The position numbers were made by a program, and so were the translations under genes. Below are positions 29,028 to 38,920 of a stretch of 64,000 bases of DNA, piece by piece. This stretch comes from Bythopirellula sp. (lineage in GTDB: Bacteria; Planctomycetota; Planctomycetia; Pirellulales; Lacipirellulaceae): contig OZ244170.1 in the NCBI GenBank assembly GCA_965216565.1, positions 2,208,001-2,272,000 of the forward strand, written 5' to 3'. Positions within the stretch are counted from its first letter, which is position 1; each line of letters begins with the position of its first letter. Under the pieces are notes generated by a model that saw only the letters and a program-made list of their open reading frames with translations, ran no database searches and was not told where the DNA came from.

Positions 29028-29702
29028 ATGCAGCGTATGAGTGGCGATCACCGATACCGGCCTCTATTGGTCTACGATTACGAGCGATTTCTCATCGATC
29101 AGGATGCGGAACGATATCTGCAATGTATCTCAGATCGTTACAACATGGGTAGCCTAGAACGCGTGGCCACCAATCCAGACCGTGTGGCACGCCGTGGAGC
29201 CATTCTGGCACTAGGCCATTTGGCAGACTACCAAGCCAATAGCGTTATGGGTCGCGCTCTGGTCGATTCCGATCGCGGGGTTCGAACTCTAGCCGAAACG
29301 GGGATTCGCCGCATTTGGATGCGAATCGGCACGCCCACCCAGCAACGCCACCTGCTTGCAATCGAGCAACAATTAAGCGACGGAGAGAACGGCCGCGCCG
29401 CACAGCTCTCGACCGCCATCGTCGACGATGCCCCTTGGATTGCCCAAGGTTGGTATTACCGCGGTTTGGCATTCTATCAACTCGATCAACCCGATGCCGC
29501 TACACGCGATTGCCATCAGGCTTTGGAAATCAATCCTTATCATTTCCTCGCTGCGGCGACCATGGGGCGAGCCTACTTAAAAGCGAACGACCAGGTTTCG
29601 GCACTCGAATCCTTCCGCAGAACTCTGCGACTCAACCCCAGCATGGAAGACGTCCGTGCTCAGGTCATTCAGTTGCAGCGCTCTCTCAAAGACAAGCACT
29701 AG
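29028..29702 (+). CDS. HEAT-like plus TPR repeat protein
   Basis: RRGAILALG, ALVDSDRGVR, WYYRGLA, ALEINPYHFLA, LRLNP. Confidence 0.82.
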   Translation: MQRMSGDHRYRPLLVYDYERFLIDQDAERYLQCISDRYNMGSLERVATNPDRVARRGAILALGHLADYQANSVMGRALVDSDRGVRTLAETGIRRIWMRIGTPTQQRHLLAIEQQLSDGENGRAAQLSTAIVDDAPWIAQGWYYRGLAFYQLDQPDAATRDCHQALEINPYHFLAAATMGRAYLKANDQVSALESFRRTLRLNPSMEDVRAQVIQLQRSLKDKH

Positions 29703-29713
29703 GATAGCGCCTC

Positions 29714-30154
29714 TCACGCGGGAATCCCCACCGCAGCCGGTTCTCCCGACCTCCAGACACGACCGGTCTGAAAATCAGTGGCCAACCAAAACTCCTGGTC
29801 ACGTGTCGTCTGCAACATCGCTAACAGAATCCCCTTCACATCGTAGAGTTCCCAGATCGTACACGTGGGAAACAGTGAACCGGTTTCTTTTAACTCGATC
29901 CGGACAGCCAATCGACTGCAGGCTGCCAGTTGCCTGACTTCAGCGATACGCCGAGTGCAACTGGCTGCGATAACACGCCAACTGCCAATCCGCACATGGC
30001 GAATCTCTCCCTGAGCATCGCGAAACATCTCCACATCGCGACGGGGCGCCAATTTCTTGACGGGCGGACGAACTTCCTCCCGCTGCGTATATAGCTGCAC
30101 GCGCTTGCTATGGGTAATACCTAACCAACGTCCGAGCTTCGCTAAGACTTCCAT
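29714..30154 (-). CDS. Hypothetical protein, 146 aa
   Basis: ATG preceded by strong RBS GGGGAGG. Confidence 0.65.
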   Translation of the reverse strand: MEVLAKLGRWLGITHSKRVQLYTQREEVRPPVKKLAPRRDVEMFRDAQGEIRHVRIGSWRVIAASCTRRIAEVRQLAACSRLAVRIELKETGSLFPTCTIWELYDVKGILLAMLQTTRDQEFWLATDFQTGRVWRSGEPAAVGIPA

Positions 30155-30405
30155 GACAACCTCCCCTGAATTAAAAAAGAATGTAGTAGAAAAGAAGCGA
30201 AGCAAGAGCGAACCCGTGCCTGCCTACAGAGTGAAGCGCAGCGACTTGTGGCTTGTTACAGAAACTTTCTTAGGGTCCGGATATTCCGGTTATAAGCCCC
30301 TGAACTGCTTACAGGCCTACTTGTCATGGGCATCAGCGGGATCTGCCTTCCAATGCCATCGCTGGCTGTGCGAGCCGCGAGTTGTTAGATTCACTGCTCA
30401 GCACC

Positions 30406-30452
30406 ACCTGAAGCTCTTCATTACCCGAAGCTCTTGATCACCTGAAGCTCTT
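30406..30452. repeat. Three tandem copies of ACCYGAAGCTCTT with exact 17-bp period
   Basis: Copies start at 30406, 30423 and 30440. Confidence 0.85.
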
Positions 30453-30478
30453 GGCCAAATCTCAAGGAGTTGTTTCCG

Positions 30479-31267
30479 ATGAAATTGTCTCTACTCATTG
30501 CGATCCTCGTCCTGGCTAGTGTTCGCAACCAATCGTGGTCGGCGGAGTCCGCAGAATACTTCGAGACGACTATTACGAAAAAGGTTGCAGCAAACTATCT
30601 GCTAGTGAAACCCGAGGACTACAATCCGGCTGAGAAATACCCACTGCTAATCTTCCTGCATGGTCGGGGAGAGCAGGGCGACGACTTGGAGCGCGTGAAG
30701 ATCCACGGCCCTTTTAAGAAAATTGCTGAATTGAATTTGCCAATACTGGTGGTTGCCCCGCAATCGCCACTCGACGAATGGTGGGACGTCGACGTGCTCG
30801 ATGCACTCACGGAAGAACTGATCGACGACTTGAATGTCGACGACGACCGAGTGTATCTCACCGGACTAAGCATGGGCGGCTCGGCGACCTGGGAACTTGC
30901 TCTGAGGCGACCCAACCGTTTTGCCGCGATCGCTCCCATCTGTGGCCGAACGGCCCCAAGCAAAGCGGCTCGGCTCAAGAATTTGCCGATCTGGGCATTT
31001 CACGGTGCCCGGGATGGCGTGATCCCGGCTCGCGAAACTGTGAATATGATCAACGCCCTTCAAGCCGCAGACATCGATGCTCGCATGACGATTTATCCCG
31101 AGGTGGGTCACAACTCCTGGACGGCAACCTACAACGACCCCAAATTGTATGAATGGCTGTTGCGTCAAGAGCGTGGGAGCGATGGCGACTGGCCCTCTGA
31201 TCGTCGCGGCAATCGCCGCGGCAACGATGACGGCGATTGGCCCTCCGATAGACGGAAAGATCGATAG
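30479..31267 (+). CDS. Secreted alpha/beta hydrolase (phospholipase/carboxylesterase, predicted peptidase-like)
   Basis: YPLLIFLHGRGE, RVYLTGLSMGG, FAAIAPICG, WAFHGARD, YPEVGHNSW; RBS AAGGAG. Confidence 0.9.
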   Translation: MKLSLLIAILVLASVRNQSWSAESAEYFETTITKKVAANYLLVKPEDYNPAEKYPLLIFLHGRGEQGDDLERVKIHGPFKKIAELNLPILVVAPQSPLDEWWDVDVLDALTEELIDDLNVDDDRVYLTGLSMGGSATWELALRRPNRFAAIAPICGRTAPSKAARLKNLPIWAFHGARDGVIPARETVNMINALQAADIDARMTIYPEVGHNSWTATYNDPKLYEWLLRQERGSDGDWPSDRRGNRRGNDDGDWPSDRRKDR

Positions 31268-31330
31268 CGATTTGTAGCAATACACAGAGCGGCAGATTAT
31301 CATGGTGGCACCTTCCCAAAGAGACCCGCT

Positions 31331-32131
31331 ATGAAGAATCGTCGCATCAACGTACTAGGAGTCGGCATTAGCGCGCTGACGCTCGACTCCGCTACCGAGG
31401 CCGCACTCGAAGCGCTTGCAAACCGTCGTCAGGGTTACGTGACCGTAACCGGTGTGCACGGAGTGAGTGAGTGCCAGCGCGATCCCGAATTGCTGCGCAT
31501 CCATAATGAGTCTCTGCTTTCCACACCTGATGGCGTTCCCCTAACATGGATGGGCCGACTTCAGGGAAAAAGTTCTGCCGAAATGCAGCGCGTGTATGGC
31601 CCCGACTTAATGTTACGACTGTTTGAGCGTGGCCAGCAGGAAGGTTTGCGTCATTATTTATTCGGGGGAGGCGAGGGAGTCGCCCCGTTGCTAGCCGAAA
31701 AACTGCAAAACCGGTTTCCCCAAGCAGAAATCGTTGGCATCCACACACCGCCCTTTCGACCTCTCGACGATCGCGAGCAGCAGCAATTGGTCGAGGAGTT
31801 GAATGCAGCCCAGCCGCATTGTTTTTGGGTCGGGCTGAGCACGCCTAAGCAAGAACGTTTTATGGCGCAATTCTTACAGCGTCATGCCGAATCGTTACCG
31901 GCACCGCTGTTAATGCTCGGAGTCGGAGCAGCCTTCGATTTCCACGCCGGCCTCGTCCGCCAGGCACCTCCTTGGATGCAACAATCGGGCCTGGAATGGT
32001 TGTTCCGACTGCAGCAGGAGCCGCGCCGACTGTGGCGACGCTATCTGACGAACAACCCTCTCTTTCTCGCTCGCGCGGCACTGCAACTCTCTGGACTACG
32101 GCGATACGAACTTCCCGATGATTTACGCTAA
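31331..32131 (+). CDS. WecB/TagA/CpsF family glycosyltransferase
   Basis: PDGVPL.W, RVYGPDLM, WVGLSTPKQE, GVGAAFDFHAG, GLEWLFRL.QEPRRLWRRY. Confidence 0.93.
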   Translation: MKNRRINVLGVGISALTLDSATEAALEALANRRQGYVTVTGVHGVSECQRDPELLRIHNESLLSTPDGVPLTWMGRLQGKSSAEMQRVYGPDLMLRLFERGQQEGLRHYLFGGGEGVAPLLAEKLQNRFPQAEIVGIHTPPFRPLDDREQQQLVEELNAAQPHCFWVGLSTPKQERFMAQFLQRHAESLPAPLLMLGVGAAFDFHAGLVRQAPPWMQQSGLEWLFRLQQEPRRLWRRYLTNNPLFLARAALQLSGLRRYELPDDLR

Positions 32132-32362
32132 GCCAGCGATCATCGGCGAGATCGGTTCAGCGTGCGGAGCAGTGCCTCGGGTAATGTCCTAACCCAGTAC
32201 TGCCACCACAGATTTCAGGAGATGAGGGGACATCCCCCTATCTCCTCTCCTTTCTTGACTCCTAAGTAACACGGCCCTAGGACACTATCGTGCCATGAGT
32301 TCACTTTAGTGAATCAAGCTTTTCTGCTAAATTGCGTGGAGCGACTGAGAGCCTACCCCAAG

Positions 32363-32404
32363 TCCCCCTCCACCGTTTTCGGGGGAGGGGCTAGGGGAGG
32401 GGGC
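32363..32404. repeat. CCCCTC...GAGGG-type REP-like palindrome
   Basis: tccccctccaccgttttcgggggaggggctaggggagggggc resembles the core of the 99-bp elements. Confidence 0.55.
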
Positions 32405-32451
32405 TCTTGAACAATCTCGCCAACCAAATGAGCGTCCCTCCGAGAAACTCG

Positions 32452-34131
32452 ATGCCCACCCCACCTGCCACGCCCCAAGAAAAAGCTCCCACGCGGAACT
32501 TTATCCAACAAATCATCGATGCCGATCTCAAGGTCGGTAAGAACCAGGGACTCGTACACACTCGATTTCCTCCAGAGCCCAACGGCTATTTGCACATTGG
32601 TCATGCCAAAAGCATCTGCCTCAACGCGGGCCTGGCACGGGAATACGACGGCAAATTCAATCTCCGTTTCGACGACACCAACCCGACTAAGGAAGAGCAG
32701 GAATACGTCGACTCGATCAAAGACGACGTCCGCTGGTTGGGAGCCGATTGGGAAGATCGGCTGTTCTTTGCCTCCGACTACTTCGACCAGCTTTATGCGT
32801 GGGCCGTCCAACTGATCGAGGCTGGGAAAGCCTATGTTTGTGATCTGAACGCCGACGAGATGCGCGAGTACCGCGGCTCGCTCACCGAGCCGGGGAAAGA
32901 CAGCCCTCATCGCGACCGGACGGTCGAGGAAAATCTTGACCTTTTCGCGAAGATGAAAGCCGGTGAATTTTCTGATGGTGCCCGTACGCTGCGGGCAAAG
33001 ATTGACATGTCCTCGCCCAATATCAATCTTCGCGATCCGGTAATGTATCGCATCAAGCACGCCCATCACCACCGCACGGGCGACGACTGGTGCATCTATC
33101 CGGCCTACGACTACACGCACGGACAAAGCGATTCGATCGAGGGCATCACCCATTCGATTTGCACGCTGGAATTCGAGCATCATCGACCCCTGTACGATTG
33201 GTTCCTCGAATCCTTGGACATTCATCACCCGCAACAAATCGAGTTTGCGCGACTCAATCTCACTTACACGGTGATGAGCAAACGCAAACTCTTGCAGCTC
33301 GTCCAAGAGAATCACGTCACAGGTTGGGACGATCCACGGATGTTAACGATCCGCGGGCTGCGGCGACGGGGATATACTTCCGAGGCTATTCGCGCCTTCT
33401 GCGAACGCATCGGCGTTGCCAAGTTCAACAGCACGATTGAGATGGCGTGGTTAGAAGATGCAGTGCGTGAGGACCTCAATGTGAAAGCACCTCGTGCCTT
33501 GGGTGTATTGCGACCGCTCAAGGTTGTCCTCACCAATCTCCCGGAGGGCGAAGTGAAGATGGTCGAAGCGCCCAACCACCCTCAAAACCCTGATCTAGGT
33601 ACTCGCCAGATTCCACTGACCCGCGAAATTTTCATCGAGCAAAGCGACTTCATGGAAGACGCTCCCAAAAAGTTCTTCCGACTCAAGCCCGGCAAAGAAG
33701 TCCGTCTTCGCTCGGCAGGAATTATCGCTTGCGACGATGTCGTGAAAGACGAAGCCGGTGAAATTGTTGAGCTACACTGCACGTTCGACCCTGACCATTC
33801 CCGCAAAGTGAAGGGTACCATTCACTGGGTAAGTGCCACCGAATCGATCGCCGCCGAGGTGAGGCTTTACGATCACCTTTTCAATTGCGAAAACCCGGAC
33901 GACGTACCTGAGGGTGGTTCGTTTTTGGACAACATCAATCCCGACTCGCTGGAAGTACTGACAAACGCCCGCCTCGAACCGTCGCTCGCCAATGCGGAAC
34001 CGGGGAGTCACTTACAATTCGAACGCACCGGTTATTTCTACATCGACCCAAAAGACTCGAAACCCGGCGCACCGGTATTCAACCGCACCGCCACCCTGCG
34101 CGACACCTGGGCCAAGCTAAAGAAAAAGTGA
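32452..34131 (+). CDS. glnS: Glutamine--tRNA ligase (start could be 32428)
   Basis: [61 protein letters not shown]. Confidence 0.97.
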   Translation: MPTPPATPQEKAPTRNFIQQIIDADLKVGKNQGLVHTRFPPEPNGYLHIGHAKSICLNAGLAREYDGKFNLRFDDTNPTKEEQEYVDSIKDDVRWLGADWEDRLFFASDYFDQLYAWAVQLIEAGKAYVCDLNADEMREYRGSLTEPGKDSPHRDRTVEENLDLFAKMKAGEFSDGARTLRAKIDMSSPNINLRDPVMYRIKHAHHHRTGDDWCIYPAYDYTHGQSDSIEGITHSICTLEFEHHRPLYDWFLESLDIHHPQQIEFARLNLTYTVMSKRKLLQLVQENHVTGWDDPRMLTIRGLRRRGYTSEAIRAFCERIGVAKFNSTIEMAWLEDAVREDLNVKAPRALGVLRPLKVVLTNLPEGEVKMVEAPNHPQNPDLGTRQIPLTREIFIEQSDFMEDAPKKFFRLKPGKEVRLRSAGIIACDDVVKDEAGEIVELHCTFDPDHSRKVKGTIHWVSATESIAAEVRLYDHLFNCENPDDVPEGGSFLDNINPDSLEVLTNARLEPSLANAEPGSHLQFERTGYFYIDPKDSKPGAPVFNRTATLRDTWAKLKKK

Positions 34132-34141
34132 AAGCCCCTCC

Positions 34142-34172
34142 GGCGAACTCGCTTCAGCGTGCGGAATACCTC
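34142..34172. repeat. 31-bp repeat overlapping the RAYT stop codon
   Basis: ggcgaactcgcttcagcgtgcggaatacctc, 28/31 identical to 34787-34817. Confidence 0.85.
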
Positions 34173-34744
34173 TTATAAGACACCCCCTCCATAAAAGCCT
34201 CCAGCTCAAGCGAACGCCGCACCGCTGCGTCCACTTCAACAGCGATACGAGTGTGCCGATACTCCCGCCAGTCTACGCATACGCCATGACGGCCAGACTG
34301 TTTAAGCGTGTACCGATAGGCGAGCCGTGCTTGCTTCTCGTCGCGAATGCAGCCGTCGAAATACTGCTTGCCCCGCTCATCCCCCCAAAACGGTTTTAAG
34401 GGCTGATCGAGTTCGTCATTCACCAACTTGGCAACCGAACCGTGCAACCGTTGCTTGAGCTTCGATAGATTCTCCCCACGCTTCAGGTAACCCAACGTGT
34501 GGTAGTGGTTGTCCAGCAGCGAAGTGATCCAGGGAACAAATCCGAATTCACCCGTGTAGTGCTCGAAGCGTTCCCAGAATACTTGCTTGGCGGATTCGGT
34601 CGCAAACGCAGGGTAACGCCGATGGCACCGTGCGGTAATGAAGTAAACCTGATTATCGACCAGCCAATGTTCGTAGCGATGGCGACCTTGAAAGGTCTTA
34701 TTCCGGCTACGCGAGATCTTGTCGATGCGTTTTTTCATAGACAT
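34154..34744 (-). mobile_element. REP-associated tyrosine transposase-like (RAYT / IS200 Y1 HUH) gene
   Basis: YFITARC, HUH motif NHYH, FW...YFD.CIRDE....AY.Y with candidate catalytic Tyr; flanked by repeats. Confidence 0.8.
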
Positions 34745-34749
34745 TGAAT

Positions 34750-34817
34750 GTATCACAGCGGTGTTTGCTGAAGCAAACCCGCCCCAGGCGAGCTCGCTTC
34801 AGCGCGCGGGATACCTC
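34750..34817. repeat. REPIN-like hairpin upstream of the RAYT gene, containing the second 31-bp repeat
   Basis: gtatc...gctgaagc (34767-34774) pairs with gcttcagc (34796-34803)...gatac. Confidence 0.75.
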
Positions 34818-34911
34818 AATCCTTGACGCCCCAAGCGTTACGCCTTAGCTTGACGAGTGTGCGTCGAAACCATCCCTCGCAATCTGTTCTGAATAGAGGT
34901 AAGGCCCCACG

Positions 34912-36618
34912 ATGAGATCTCCCCTATCTACACGCCTTCCGTTCTTCCGCGCTACAACTTGGTTGACGACAACACTCATGCTCGTCGCACCTGCCCTTCC
35001 CGCGTTTGCACAAGACACCGAACGCGACACCACCTTGCTGGCCGATGTGGAACCGGTGTCTATCCCCCTGGTCTACTCTCTTCCGCAGGCATGCGCGTTA
35101 ATCTCAGCTCGACCCAAACAATTGCTGAGTGCCAAGTTCTTGCAGATGTATCCCATCGAAGTCTTACAAGCTGCTGCTATCAAGCACACGGGCCTAGATC
35201 CGTTGAAGACGGAAAGCGTATTGGTCACGATAGAACCACCAATGGTGGGGCCGCCCAATTATTTGGTCGCGGCCAAGTTTGAGGACAATTACCGGTTCGA
35301 GCTACATCCTCAATTAACGGCCCATACGGAGTCGGCAGAGATCGCGGATCAAGATTACCTTAAGAGCCAGACACCTTTGCAGCCTAGTTTTATCACGCTT
35401 ACTAATAACACACTGCTGGCTACGCCAGATCTCACTCTGCGAAAGCTCGTTAGCAATAATCCTTCCCCAGAGCCTGCTTTGCTCACGAAGAAGTTTGTCT
35501 CAGCCGGTTCCAACGATCTTTATCTGGCAGTCGACGTCCAACCGCTGCGTCCCTTGATCAACCAACTATTGATGCAACAGCGCATCCCAGATCAATTCCA
35601 ATTCGTCTACGCCTTGCCAGACTTAGTGCGGCTGGTGGAACTACGGCTCAACCTCACCGGCAACGGCCCCACAGAATTGATCGTCGAGGCAAACAACGAA
35701 TTCGATGCCACCAAGGTGCTCACGATCTTGGAGCAAGCCACACAAGTGTGGGTCGACCAGGCGCTAGCAGAAGCCAAACGGCTTCGAGCATCGGAAGATC
35801 CCATCGAAGAGGCCATGGGGCGCTACCTAGAGCGCATCTCGGGACAGGCCAGAACAGAGATCATGCCTCAACAAGAAGGCGCCAAGCTCATCCTGTTCCG
35901 CTCAGAATCATCGAGTGGCAGTAACTCAGCACTTACGATGGTGGCCACCTCAGGGGTGTTAGTGGCCTTGCTCCTACCGGCGATGCAAGCAGCACGCGAG
36001 GCGGCACGACGTGCGCAGTCGATGAACAATCTCAAGAATATCATGCTGGCCCTTCTCAATTACGAAAGCGCTAATGGGAGGTTTCCCGCCTATGCAAATT
36101 TCGACGAGGATGGAAAACCCCTGCTGAGTTGGCGTGTTCACATTTTGCCCTATCTTGATCAAGTCGCTCTCTACGATCAATTTCGCTTCGACGAACCTTG
36201 GGACAGTCCCCACAACAAACAACTCATATCCAAGATGCCCGAAGTTTATCTCGACCCAAGTTCACAGCACTCCACGACTAGGGGCCTCACGAATTACCTC
36301 GGCATCAAGGGCGAAAATATGGCCTTCGGAAATGGGCCCAAAGGAACCCAAATCAGACGATTCACAGACGGCCTCTCGAACACCCTAATGGTGCTACAAG
36401 TGAACGACCAGCGCGCCACAACCTGGACCAAACCAGACGACTGGGAACTCAACGAACAAGACCCGCTGGCGGGACTCTCGAAGAATCTCCATCCAGGTAT
36501 CTTCTTGGCAGCGTTTTGCGACGGCAGCGTGAAGGCCATCAGCGAGCAGGTTAATGTCGATACGTTCAAGCATCTTTTGACTAATAACGATGGCGAAGTA
36601 ATCAACAACCTCGATTAG
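34912..36618 (+). CDS. Exported DUF1559-domain protein (planctomycete family)
   Basis: Signal peptide; internal LVALLLPAMQAAREAARR..SMNNLK.I.LALLNYES, LSWRVHILPY, TDGLSNT, H...F....DGSV. Confidence 0.9.
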   Translation: MRSPLSTRLPFFRATTWLTTTLMLVAPALPAFAQDTERDTTLLADVEPVSIPLVYSLPQACALISARPKQLLSAKFLQMYPIEVLQAAAIKHTGLDPLKTESVLVTIEPPMVGPPNYLVAAKFEDNYRFELHPQLTAHTESAEIADQDYLKSQTPLQPSFITLTNNTLLATPDLTLRKLVSNNPSPEPALLTKKFVSAGSNDLYLAVDVQPLRPLINQLLMQQRIPDQFQFVYALPDLVRLVELRLNLTGNGPTELIVEANNEFDATKVLTILEQATQVWVDQALAEAKRLRASEDPIEEAMGRYLERISGQARTEIMPQQEGAKLILFRSESSSGSNSALTMVATSGVLVALLLPAMQAAREAARRAQSMNNLKNIMLALLNYESANGRFPAYANFDEDGKPLLSWRVHILPYLDQVALYDQFRFDEPWDSPHNKQLISKMPEVYLDPSSQHSTTRGLTNYLGIKGENMAFGNGPKGTQIRRFTDGLSNTLMVLQVNDQRATTWTKPDDWELNEQDPLAGLSKNLHPGIFLAAFCDGSVKAISEQVNVDTFKHLLTNNDGEVINNLD

Positions 36619-36742
36619 TTTCACAATCGTTGGAAAGACCCAGGAATTCTAAGGTCCAGCCCTTGCGGTACGGGTGCCTGGCAACAGATAATCGCTGGCT
36701 ATTCATTTTTCTGCCACACCCTCCAGTTAGTCTGCGTCTGCC

Positions 36743-37645
36743 ATGCCTCTATTAGTCGTCGGTTCCGTTGCCATTGATCATGTCGAAACCCCTCAAGAGC
36801 TGCGTGAAAACCTGCTCGGGGGTTCTGCTACGCACTTCTCTTACGCCGCCAGTTTTTTCACCAGTGTGCGGCTCGTCGGAGTCGTGGGCGAAGATTGGCC
36901 GCCCGAGCATACAGAGCTTTTGAAAAGCCGGGGCATCGACACCACCGGCCTAGAGGTCATCGAGGGTGGTAAAACGTTTTTCTGGCGCGGTCGGTATCAC
37001 GACAACATGAACGATCGCGACTCGCTGGAAACGCAGCTCAATGTCTTTGGCGAATTCGATCCCGAACTGCCCGAGGCCTACCGACGAGCGAAGTACGTGT
37101 TCCTAGCCAACGGCGTGCCCGCTGTGCAGATGAAGGTGCTCTCGCAAGTCCCCGGTCGTCGGCTGGCCGTTGCTGACACGATGGACCTATGGATCAACAA
37201 TGCCCGCGAGGACTTGGACAACCTGCTCAACCAACTCGATGGTCTGGTGCTCAACGACAGCGAAGCCAAACTACTAACTGGAACAGAAAACCTCGTCGCA
37301 GCTGGTCACAAAGTTCGCGAGATGGGCCCCAAGTTTGTAGTGATCAAAAAAGGCGAACATGGGGCGATGTTCTTCAGCGAACACGAAACCTATGTCCTGC
37401 CCGCGTTCCCAACAGAACAGGTTATCGATCCCACCGGCGCCGGCGACAGCTTCGCCGGAGGCATGATGGGCTACCTGGCCGAGCAGGACAACTTTGATCC
37501 CGTTACGCTCAAAAAAGCACTCGCCTATGGAATCTTGGTTGCCAGTTTCAACGTCGAAGGCTTTGGCTTGGAAAGAATGCAACAGATCACACGCGAAGAC
37601 ATCGACCATCGCCTCGCGGACTACCACAAAATGCTGGACTTCTGA
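36743..37645 (+). CDS. PfkB family carbohydrate kinase
   Basis: LGGSATHF, LNDSEA, IKKGEHGA, DPTGAGDSFAGG. Confidence 0.92.
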   Translation: MPLLVVGSVAIDHVETPQELRENLLGGSATHFSYAASFFTSVRLVGVVGEDWPPEHTELLKSRGIDTTGLEVIEGGKTFFWRGRYHDNMNDRDSLETQLNVFGEFDPELPEAYRRAKYVFLANGVPAVQMKVLSQVPGRRLAVADTMDLWINNAREDLDNLLNQLDGLVLNDSEAKLLTGTENLVAAGHKVREMGPKFVVIKKGEHGAMFFSEHETYVLPAFPTEQVIDPTGAGDSFAGGMMGYLAEQDNFDPVTLKKALAYGILVASFNVEGFGLERMQQITREDIDHRLADYHKMLDF

Positions 37646-37703
37646 CAGCTTTGAGCAAAGAGCAAAGAGCGAAAAGATAGGCAGGAGGGTTGGCACTGTA
37701 AGC

Positions 37704-38072
37704 ATGGCAAAGCAGCGCGTTAGTTTTCGATTCGAAGACTTAAAGGTATGGCAACTGTCTGCCGATATTGCGATAGATCTAGGCGATATAGCTGAGCGAT
37801 TGAAGGGTTCGCAACGGTATCGTTACGCTGAGCAACTTCGTGCCGCATCTCTTTCGATCTCCAACAATATTGCAGAAGGATCCGGAAGCAGTTCCAAAAA
37901 AGACTTTCGACATTTCTTGAATATGTCACATCGATCTGCATTCGAGTGTGCTAACATGCTAATGATTTTCACCGCCAGGGTTTTGTGACTGAAGACGAGA
38001 TACAACTTCAGCTTGTCCGGTTTGGATGAGGTTTGCCGGATGATCACCGGCTTGGCAAAATCGCTCAACTAG
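37704..38072 (+). pseudogene. Four-helix-bundle (23S rRNA IVP-like) protein gene with two compensating indels
   Basis: FRFEDLKVWQ, QLRAASLSISNNIAEGSG, FLNMSHRSAFEC; stops at 37988, but a shifted frame reads FHRQGFVTEDEIQ and the original frame resumes LDEVCRMITGLAKSLN*. Confidence 0.8.
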
Positions 38073-38099
38073 GCCCTCAAGCTACTTGCTCCAAGCTCC

Positions 38100-38672
38100 A
38101 TGGCCAAAACCCGCACCTTCATCGCCATCGAGGCTGTCGACGAAGTTCACGCTCGCGCTGTGCAGGTGATTGATCAGTTGAGTTCAGCTGCGGGGGATGT
38201 GAAGTGGGTCCCGCCTGAGAATCTGCATTGGACGATCCAATTCCTCGGCGACGTCACTGACGAAGTGATGGCCACGGTCTGTTTACTGACAAGCCGCATC
38301 GCTGCCCGGCACGAGCCATTCACGCTAGCCGCACACGGGGTGGGTGCCTTCCCCAAAGCCGAACGTCCCCGCACGCTTTGGCTGGGCGCGGGCGAAGGCA
38401 GCCAGGCATTGTGCAGTCTGCAAGATGAGCTGGAAGAGGCTCTCTGCGAACTTGGGTTTCGCCCCGAGCATCGCCGCTATGTTCCTCACCTCACCCTGGG
38501 CAGAGTCGGTCGTCATGGCCATGCAGGAGCCGCGTTGGTTGACGAACTCGCGGAGCTGAAAGATTTCGACGGCGGCACCATGGCCGTAGACGAAGTGACT
38601 GTTTACGGCAGCGAGTTGGAGCGAGGCGGGCCGGTGTATCATGTGTTGGCCCGAGCGCCGCTGGAAGGGTAA
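38100..38672 (+). CDS. thpR: RNA 2',3'-cyclic phosphodiesterase (2H family)
   Basis: RTFIAI, NLHWTIQFLG, YVPHLTLGR (two HxT motifs), GPVY. Confidence 0.92.
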   Translation: MAKTRTFIAIEAVDEVHARAVQVIDQLSSAAGDVKWVPPENLHWTIQFLGDVTDEVMATVCLLTSRIAARHEPFTLAAHGVGAFPKAERPRTLWLGAGEGSQALCSLQDELEEALCELGFRPEHRRYVPHLTLGRVGRHGHAGAALVDELAELKDFDGGTMAVDEVTVYGSELERGGPVYHVLARAPLEG

Positions 38673-38920
38673 GTATTGGCACTGCACGAGGTGCTTGAAT
38701 GCTGGCAATTCCCGCCTTCTGCGGACAAGTGATCCGCATTTTGTCTAACCGTCACAATCGATGCTAGCAGGATAATAGTTTCGCCGCGATTTGCGTGATA
38801 GCCTGCTAGTGGCTGACCGTAGCAACCGATTCAGTTCGATAGGGTTCGAGCCAGGGACTGGCAAAAGCCTTCTACCATTGAAATTTCAAACTTCGCGCGA
38901 ATCCAGGGAGGGAAGCGGCG

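Noticed and set aside
37704..38072. DGR accessory protein Avd or 23S rRNA intervening sequence
   Set aside because: Same fold family, but no reverse transcriptase, TR/VR pair or rRNA gene in the window.
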